DNA of 64,000 bases from Dehalococcoidia bacterium (GTDB taxonomy: Bacteria > Chloroflexota > Dehalococcoidia > Plut-88900): assembly GCA_965207225.1 (NCBI GenBank), contig CBDBLV010000001.1:128001-192000 (forward strand), read 5' to 3'. The position numbers and the translations under genes were made by a program. This document shows, piece by piece, positions 57,380 to 64,000 of the stretch. Below the pieces are notes generated by a model. That model did not search any database. It was not told the DNA's origin and worked only from the letters and a program-made list of their open reading frames with translations. The stretch's first letter is position 1. Every line of letters begins with the position of its first letter.

Positions 57380-59602
57380 CTATCGCTGTCCGCCCGGCCT
57401 CCACTCGATCACTGCCGTCTCCTCCGGGGTGGCCTCGATGCGGACGGGGAATCGCTGTCCCCTGGCCAGAAGCAGGCCGTCGCCGCGCGGGCAGGAGAGC
57501 AGCCACCTCTGGAGGTCTTCGGGCAGGTCGAAGGCGTCACCCACGGTGCCTATGGCCGCCGCGTCCTGCTGCAACAGCAGCTTGAAGGCGGCGTTTTGCA
57601 GCAGCGCCCTCCCCGAATGGCCAGTGATGGTCCTGGAAGAGTCCTCGGACAGAAGGTCCTGCACGTCCTGGGTGATGAACTGGAGCCCTAGCCGGTGCTT
57701 CCGCGCCCGCTTCGCCATGCTCACCATGAAGGCGGCTCCTTCGGGGTGCTGCATGATGCTCCACACCTCGTCCACCACCAGCAGCCTCGGCTTGGGGTTC
57801 TGGGCGGCCGCCGCCCACACCGTCTCGGTGCAGACCATCGCCGCAGCGGGCCTAAGCTCCGGTTCGAGGAGACGCAGGTCGAAGACGGTGACGAGTGCTT
57901 CGCTCCCCAGCAGGTCGTCCCCCTCGTCGGAGAGGAGGTTGCGGAGGCTGCCGGTGGCGAAGGGCCTCAGCAGGTGGGCTATGTCGGGGGCTTGCCCTTC
58001 AAGGTATGTGTAGAAATCACGGAAGCCTGTGCGTTCGCGGTGCTGGGCGTAGTAGCCCGCCAGGGCGTGGTCCAGGGAGGCCCTGCGCTCCGCTCCGAGG
58101 CTCTCACCCACCATCACCTCGATGAGCCTTCTCAGGCTCCCGATCCTCTGGAGCAGCTCCTCGTCGTCTCCCCGGTCGATGACGAAAGGGTTCATGCCCT
58201 GGCCTTCCACTCCGGGAGACAGCACCCTGCCTCCGGCGGCGCGAGCCATGTCCGCGTACTCCCCCTCCGGGTCGATGACGTAGGCGGTGACGCCGCGCGT
58301 CAATCCCCTGAGCACGCCCAGCTTGGTTGCGAAAGACTTGCCGCTGCCCGACCGTGCGAGGACTGCCGTGTTGGCGTTGAGATGGGTGCCGTCCCAGGGG
58401 TCGTAGACCACGGGGGAGCAGGCCCGCATGTCGATGCCGTAGAGGGTGCCGCTTCTTGTGTCCAGGTCCGGCGGCGAGAAGGGGAAGAGCCTCGCAAGGC
58501 TGGACGTGTCCAGGGTCCTCCACTCGGCCACGGCGTTCAGGGCAAGGGGCAATGTCGATAGCAGCCCCTCCCGCTGCCTGAACGCCAGGTTGTCCAGCTT
58601 GCCGAGAGTGGCGGCAAAATGGGCCTTGGCCCTCTGGGTCATCTCCTTCAGCGACGCCTCGTCCTTCGCGTGGAGGGTCACGGATAAAGAGGAGTGAAAT
58701 AGGCGCTCCCTGCCCCTCTGCACCTCGTTCCTGAGCCTGGTCACGTCCTCCAGGGCGATCTCGGCCTCGGGCGACATGGTTCGCCCCCGCTTGAAGGAGA
58801 GTGATTGCGCCGACTCGAATCTGACCTTCTGCCATTCGAGGGTGCGGGCCGCCTGCTCGGCGGGGATCGGCCCCAGATGAATGGACAGGTCCATGGGCGC
58901 TCCCGCCGCCATGAGTCCTTGCAGGAACCCCGGGGCCAGCGATCTCGGCCACTTGCCCAGGTGAAGGGAGCGGATGAGATGCGTGCCAATGCGCATGTCG
59001 CGCCGGTTGACCTGCACCTCGATCTCTTCGTTCTCGTCCACGTCAACAGGCGAGCCACCCAGGGCTGCGGCTACAAGGAACATTCGAAGCTGCCTGCCCC
59101 TGAGGGGGTGGACGGAGAGTCCGGCCCTCGCCAGCAGACCCCGCAGCTCGTCGATGCGGGCGTGCCCGCAGACGGCGTAGAAGCGCCGGTCCAGGATGCC
59201 GTCCCGGGCCTCCAGGTCGGTCAGCAGCCGGTTCAGCGAGTCGGCGGCGGCTCTCGTCTGCGGCGGCAGGTCGTCGGGTTGGGCCGCTTGCAGCTTCTCC
59301 CGCAGACCGCCAAGGCGCGGCGGGTGCTGGCGCATGAGCAGCTGCACCGGGAAGTCGAGGGCGTTGAGCGCCCCGGCGAAGGCCCCCAGCTTCGGCTCGT
59401 CGATCTCAAGCCCCATCACCTCGCACACTCCCACCTTCACCCCGTCCAGCCGCACGGGGCCGTCCTCCTCCAGGTGCGACAGCATGAAGAAGAAGGGCAG
59501 ACCGGGCGGCGGCTTCGGAACCGGAGCGGTCCCTTCGGGCGGCGCGGCGTCCGCCGTCCGCTCCGTGTTTCGTCTCTTGATTCGTTCAAGCAGCTCTTTC
59601 AA
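57380..59602 (-). CDS. virB4: VirB4-like conjugative ATPase
   Basis: ARSGSGKS, VVDEVW; TTG start after AAGGAG by analogy with 28170. Confidence 0.88.
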   Translation of the reverse strand: MKELLERIKRRNTERTADAAPPEGTAPVPKPPPGLPFFFMLSHLEEDGPVRLDGVKVGVCEVMGLEIDEPKLGAFAGALNALDFPVQLLMRQHPPRLGGLREKLQAAQPDDLPPQTRAAADSLNRLLTDLEARDGILDRRFYAVCGHARIDELRGLLARAGLSVHPLRGRQLRMFLVAAALGGSPVDVDENEEIEVQVNRRDMRIGTHLIRSLHLGKWPRSLAPGFLQGLMAAGAPMDLSIHLGPIPAEQAARTLEWQKVRFESAQSLSFKRGRTMSPEAEIALEDVTRLRNEVQRGRERLFHSSLSVTLHAKDEASLKEMTQRAKAHFAATLGKLDNLAFRQREGLLSTLPLALNAVAEWRTLDTSSLARLFPFSPPDLDTRSGTLYGIDMRACSPVVYDPWDGTHLNANTAVLARSGSGKSFATKLGVLRGLTRGVTAYVIDPEGEYADMARAAGGRVLSPGVEGQGMNPFVIDRGDDEELLQRIGSLRRLIEVMVGESLGAERRASLDHALAGYYAQHRERTGFRDFYTYLEGQAPDIAHLLRPFATGSLRNLLSDEGDDLLGSEALVTVFDLRLLEPELRPAAAMVCTETVWAAAAQNPKPRLLVVDEVWSIMQHPEGAAFMVSMAKRARKHRLGLQFITQDVQDLLSEDSSRTITGHSGRALLQNAAFKLLLQQDAAAIGTVGDAFDLPEDLQRWLLSCPRGDGLLLARGQRFPVRIEATPEETAVIEWRPGGQR

Positions 59603-59621
59603 CTCGGTTGTCTCCTTCGTG

Positions 59622-59954
59622 CTAGGGGGTGGGGAACGGGCCGATGCCGCTGCGCAGCAGTGCGGCGACGGCCTTGGCCAGCAGCACCAGCACAAGGCCC
59701 ACGGCTGCCATGACCACGGCGGTCCTGGCCCTGCCGCCGCCACGCTCCTCCGCGCCCTCGGCCATCAGGACGAAGCCCGCCCAGACGACGGCGAAGACGG
59801 CGAGTCCGGCGGCGGCGTAGGCCATTGCGGTCAGCACCGCGTCGAAGGCGGCCAGCATCGCTTCCTTCTCCGCCGGGGCCGCGCCGACGGTCGCCAGCGC
59901 AGCCCAGGCAAGGAGGATTGCCGTCCATGCCCGTCTCACCAGGGCCACTCCCAT
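59622..59954 (-). CDS. Pilin-like membrane protein
   Basis: Homolog of 27821-28150. Confidence 0.65.
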   Translation of the reverse strand: MGVALVRRAWTAILLAWAALATVGAAPAEKEAMLAAFDAVLTAMAYAAAGLAVFAVVWAGFVLMAEGAEERGGGRARTAVVMAAVGLVLVLLAKAVAALLRSGIGPFPTP

Positions 59955-61615
59955 CCCAACCGGCGGAACCAGTCGGTCAGGTCGCCGCCGGGCGTCTGCT
60001 CGGCGGGCGGGTCTTCGGGCTCAGGCTGAGGCAGTGCCAGCAGGGCAAAGGCGTCGTCGGAACCGATTTCCGAGGCCAGCGATAGCGACTCTTCCCTTGT
60101 CCTGGTGAGGGGTTCTCGGTCGGTCGTCTCAGCCTTGACGTGCTCGGGATGGACGATGGTGAGGGTCACGTCCCTCTGCACCGTCTCGCCGGGCACCGAC
60201 AGGGTGGCGGAGACGGTGTGCTCCGTGGTAGTTCCGTCATCGTTGGTGACGGTGACCGTTTCGCTGACGGTTTGGGTCGTCCCCGGCCTCCACAGACTCA
60301 CCGTCTCGGTGCGCTTCTCCGTCCGCTCCGGGTGGTGGGTGAGCGTCGTCAGCGGAGGGATGGGGATGCGGAGGGTAGCCTCAAGACTCACGTCCAGGCT
60401 CACGGCGTGAATCGCCTCGCCGGTGGGCGCGGCGAGCCGGAAGCTCGTCTCCCCGTCGGGGACGAATGCGACGCTCGCGGTCGATGCTCCCGTCGTGGCA
60501 ACGACCGTTCCCGTGATGGCAGTCACCCCGGCGTCCATGAGCGCCGTCTCGGTGACGCTCTCGTGTCCGGCCACCGTCTGAAGCTCGACCGGGTGCTCGA
60601 CGGCGTCAACGCAGTCGGACTCGACGACGCCGGTGACGATCCCCGGCGTCCAGCCGAAGGAGATCACGTTCAGGTTGCACAGCTCGCCCTCGACTTCGGG
60701 GAGCGGGTACGGTATCCGGTCATGCTCCCAGGTGAGCGCTCCCGCCTGTCCCAGCGCGTCCTCCCAGGAAACGGCAAAGGAGGGCATTGGTCCGTTGAGG
60801 GGCAGCGAATAGTCGATGCTCTCTCCCTCTGTCAGCGTCGCCGAGCCCCAGAAGCGCAGGGTCGTGCCCTGGCCGCCGCCGAAGGCTCTCACCCGGATGT
60901 CCAGGTCGGTGGCCGCTCTCAGGGTCACTGCGGCCCGGTCGCCGGAGACGGTAAGCGCCTCGACGAATATCCGCCGTCCCTCCACCGGCTCCGTGACCTC
61001 GAAGTCGATCTCGTCCCGCCAGGGCTCGTGGCCGTCGGCAAGGACCGACTGGGGGACGGTCGCGGCCATCGCCACTGCGACGACCGCCATGACCGCTATC
61101 CAGCCCTTCGGTCCGTGGCCCTGGCTGTCGCGGCCCGCCTTGCGGGAACGGCGCTTGCCGAACCAGCAGTGGGGTCGGAATGGCTTTCTTTCACCGTTGC
61201 GCTTCTGCTTCCTGCGGCGGCGCAGCCTCTTGAGGGTCTTTCCGGCCCGCCTCGCCATCAGCCGCAGGGGGCCGGGGCCGCCCTTCACCGGCTGCAACGT
61301 GACCGGCGGCTCAGGACGCACCAGTTGGGACACAGGCCCGGCGTAGACCCTGGCTCCCAGCCGGTACTTGAGCAGGTCGGCGGCCACCAGCGGCAGCCGC
61401 CGACCTCCTATCTTTCCCACCACTACTGCGATGCCCATCAGCCCGAACAGGACGGCGAATCCCATCCGCACCTCGTTCGGCCCAACGGGGGCGTAGCGGT
61501 ATGCGCCGTAGGACAGGGCGCACACCGCCACCACCGCCACGATCTGCGGGAAGGTGAACCACAGCAGCACCCTGTCCTCGGCCTGCACGTGGGTCGGTAC
61601 CTCGTGTTCTCTCAT
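59936..61615 (-). CDS. PrgI-domain fusion protein
   Basis: Homolog of 26136-27839. Confidence 0.72.
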   Translation of the reverse strand: MREHEVPTHVQAEDRVLLWFTFPQIVAVVAVCALSYGAYRYAPVGPNEVRMGFAVLFGLMGIAVVVGKIGGRRLPLVAADLLKYRLGARVYAGPVSQLVRPEPPVTLQPVKGGPGPLRLMARRAGKTLKRLRRRRKQKRNGERKPFRPHCWFGKRRSRKAGRDSQGHGPKGWIAVMAVVAVAMAATVPQSVLADGHEPWRDEIDFEVTEPVEGRRIFVEALTVSGDRAAVTLRAATDLDIRVRAFGGGQGTTLRFWGSATLTEGESIDYSLPLNGPMPSFAVSWEDALGQAGALTWEHDRIPYPLPEVEGELCNLNVISFGWTPGIVTGVVESDCVDAVEHPVELQTVAGHESVTETALMDAGVTAITGTVVATTGASTASVAFVPDGETSFRLAAPTGEAIHAVSLDVSLEATLRIPIPPLTTLTHHPERTEKRTETVSLWRPGTTQTVSETVTVTNDDGTTTEHTVSATLSVPGETVQRDVTLTIVHPEHVKAETTDREPLTRTREESLSLASEIGSDDAFALLALPQPEPEDPPAEQTPGGDLTDWFRRLGWEWPW

Positions 61616-61633
61616 TGCTTTCTCTCCCTTCAC

Positions 61634-61918
61634 CTATTCCTCGGGGGTGGGTGTGGCTGGGTTGGGCACGTCGATCTCCACGGGGTTGCCCACCACCGCG
61701 TTCATCACCAGCTCGACGACCCCGTAGGCCACCATCGCCAGGACGATGCCCGCCAGGGCGGTCATCATGGCGCTCTTGCCCCGCTCCATCTGGTGGGGCG
61801 CTCCCGATGCCGTCAGGTACAGGTAGGCCCCGTAGATGAAGAAGCCCACGCCCACGACTCCCACGATCCCCAGCAAAATGCCCACCAGGTTCGATATGGT
61901 CTGTGTCAGGTCTTCCAT
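61634..61918 (-). CDS. Pilin-like (VirB2/TrbC) protein
   Basis: Homolog of 25835-26116. Confidence 0.7.
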   Translation of the reverse strand: MEDLTQTISNLVGILLGIVGVVGVGFFIYGAYLYLTASGAPHQMERGKSAMMTALAGIVLAMVAYGVVELVMNAVVGNPVEIDVPNPATPTPEE

Positions 61919-62074
61919 CTGTTTTCGCTCCTCTCGTTCTTCGAGCCTTTCGCTCGTCTCTATCGGTCTCGTTCTCGTTGTCCTTCTAGCTGCACATCTC
62001 TCCCCCTCCGTCGTCGCGTTGGTCGGCGCACTCTTTGCCGCGCCTTGGTGATTTCGTTGTCCTTGTTGTTGAGG

Positions 62075-63055
62075 TCACTCGTTGGCGCTCCTAGGAGCCT
62101 CGCCGCCCGCGTCTCCACCGCCCGACGGGGTCGCCATCGAAGCCGCCGAGCTGAGGCCGCCAGCCGCAGCCGACAGCCCCGCGCTGGCCGCAACCGCTCC
62201 GACCGCAACGCCTCCAGGCCCGCCCGCCGCTCCCCCAGCCATCAGCCCGATGGTCCGGGCCGACCGCACCATCGACGCGGGCAGGTTCATGCCGAAATAG
62301 AGCATCGACAGCCAGCTATCGAAGGTGCCGGCGTTGCCAAGCAATGACGGCACCCTGGTCGCCATGTAGACGAAGGCCAGACTCATCAAGAGCTTCCAGA
62401 CCAGGTCCTGCACCGGCTCGAAGGCCGCTATCTGCGCCACCTCGTTCAGGAACCCGAACCCCAACGCCAACGCGATGAGCTGGATCGCCTGCTGGAAGGT
62501 GGTCGTCATGAAGAGCCTGAGCCAGTGCCTTCCCCATCCCGCCGTGTGCGGCAGAATCCACAGACCCAGGGCTATAGGAGCCAGGGCGAGAAGAATGTCG
62601 ATCAACGCAAGGCGTAGGATCATCTGCACGATGACGTAGAGGACGAAGAAGCCGTAGACCAGGTAGAGAAGGGCCAGCAGCAACGCCATGCCCACGCTCC
62701 CCGCCTGAACTGCGGTGAGCAGAGTCTTGAGGGTGGAGCGGAGCATGTCCCCGGCGGTGACGTTCAGAGATACCGCGACGAAGCCGGACACGGCGTCGGC
62801 AACGTCGATGACCAGCGCGCACCACCACAGGGAGGACGCGGCGGCCACAAGCCCCAGCACCAGACGGGGGACCATCTCCCGCCATCCGGCCTGACGGCTG
62901 CCAAGGTGCTCGCTGACGATGAACGTGAGGCCCATCCAGCCCAGGATCACAATGAGCGCGCCCGACGTGACGGCCCAGACGACCATCCACGCCTGCTGGA
63001 CAAGGTCGTGGGCGTAGGTGAGGTCGGGAGGAGTCCCGGTGAGGATGTCGCTCAT
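62075..63055 (-). CDS. VirB6/TrbL-like T4SS membrane protein
   Basis: Homolog of 24695-25675. Confidence 0.75.
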   Translation of the reverse strand: MSDILTGTPPDLTYAHDLVQQAWMVVWAVTSGALIVILGWMGLTFIVSEHLGSRQAGWREMVPRLVLGLVAAASSLWWCALVIDVADAVSGFVAVSLNVTAGDMLRSTLKTLLTAVQAGSVGMALLLALLYLVYGFFVLYVIVQMILRLALIDILLALAPIALGLWILPHTAGWGRHWLRLFMTTTFQQAIQLIALALGFGFLNEVAQIAAFEPVQDLVWKLLMSLAFVYMATRVPSLLGNAGTFDSWLSMLYFGMNLPASMVRSARTIGLMAGGAAGGPGGVAVGAVAASAGLSAAAGGLSSAASMATPSGGGDAGGEAPRSANE

Positions 63056-63058
63056 GAG

Positions 63059-63673
63059 CTAACTCCCCTCACAGTTGTCGGCGTCCTCCCCCGAGGCCCG
63101 CTCAACGACACCGCACAGCGTCCCGTGGACTCCCTCGATCACCCAGCCGGCTGCGGCCCTGGCCCAACGGGAGGGGTTGAGGGCGCTCAGAATCTTGTCC
63201 CAGATGCGTCCCGGCTCGTGGATGGGGACGACGGCATAGAAGTCGCCCCGGTTGCCGTCCTCCGCCACCGCCAGCATGACCAGCAGGTAGGCGCGGTCCG
63301 GGTCGAGGTCGGGCTGCTCGTCCAGCTTGGGATACTCCCAGGAGTACTCCCAGCCGTCGGAGTGCTTCTTCTCGCCGCCCCGGACCCGGTACATGGCGGA
63401 TATCCAGTCGCCGGTGTCGGCGTCTCTGACGGCGTAGAAGAGGTCTTGGAGCTTGCGGTCGAAGAGGGGCCGTGCGACGAACTCGCCGCCCTTCTTGCGC
63501 TCGACGAATTCTCTGTCGGTGTTGACCAGGGTGATGTCGCCAGCGGGCGGCGATTGGGCCAGGGCGAGGTTGCTGGTGGGGACGGCCACAAGCGCCGCCA
63601 GCAGCAGCGCAATCGCCGTCGGAATGAGCCGCCCTGCCGGCCGGAGCTTCGATTTCTGCGCCAAGACGTTCAC
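63059..63673 (-). CDS. Exported protein, first gene of the conjugation operon
   Basis: Homolog of 24074-24691. Confidence 0.75.
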   Translation of the reverse strand: MNVLAQKSKLRPAGRLIPTAIALLLAALVAVPTSNLALAQSPPAGDITLVNTDREFVERKKGGEFVARPLFDRKLQDLFYAVRDADTGDWISAMYRVRGGEKKHSDGWEYSWEYPKLDEQPDLDPDRAYLLVMLAVAEDGNRGDFYAVVPIHEPGRIWDKILSALNPSRWARAAAGWVIEGVHGTLCGVVERASGEDADNCEGS

Positions 63674-64000
63674 CTCTCTGCGGTTTCGTGCGGCCTATCG
63701 GTTTGGGCCGCCGCAGGAGAGTGTGAACAAATCAAACGCCGAAAAAGACCCCACGCATGGTGGCACCATCCATGCCCTCTTATCTGAGGCCCGTTTCGTG
63801 CAGTATTGGGGGTGTACAGGAAATGGACTTTTGTGACTGAGTGGTCAAAGTCGTGATTTCGTAGCTAAATCAGGGGCAAAACCCCCTCTACAGGAGGTGA
63901 ACGGTGAGCAATCTGATGAAAGGGCGGAGTCCGGTCTCCAATGACAAAAAGAGGCTTGAGGTGGGGGTGCATGACGCGGCCAAAATCGACGGCCCGATGA

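Larger units (their letters stand above)
49759..64000 (-). mobile_element. ICE-2 integrated at the tRNA-Ile 3' end (continues beyond the window)
   Basis: Integrase abuts and overlaps the tRNA; conjugation module homologous to ICE-1 in inverted orientation. Confidence 0.82.

Noticed and set aside
60140-62347. Long alternative-frame ORFs (also 55502-57307, 25914-27635, 52809-54413)
   Set aside because: Antisense shadows of GC-rich real genes, with no motifs

Overview
Chromosomal window from a GC-rich bacterium, most likely Chloroflexota/Dehalococcoidia (SAR202-like; inferred from gene content and Gram-positive-type SOS boxes). Host segments (1-9168 and 42721-49758) have a strongly C-rich + strand and many REP-like hairpins. 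They encode an LLM oxidoreductase, amidase, amidohydrolase, a type IIG restriction-modification fusion, tag glycosylase, three DUF1640-like proteins, a PLD-wingedhelix nuclease convergent with a DpnA-like methylase, an M24 peptidase and tRNA-Ile. Two related integrative conjugative elements (ICEs) lie in inverted orientation. ICE-1 is complete (about 9169-42720): its serine-integrase att sites can be read from the sequence, and it appears to split the -10 box of the tag promoter. It carries adhesin cargo, one adhesin disrupted by an IS1380. ICE-2 starts at tRNA-Ile and runs off the window end. Both share a minimal T4SS (VirB6-, pilin-, PrgI-, VirB4-, VirD4-like) and a double-domain replication-relaxation protein, but have divergent integrases whose C-termini are supplied by att/host DNA. 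All family calls come from motif recognition by eye; no database search was run.
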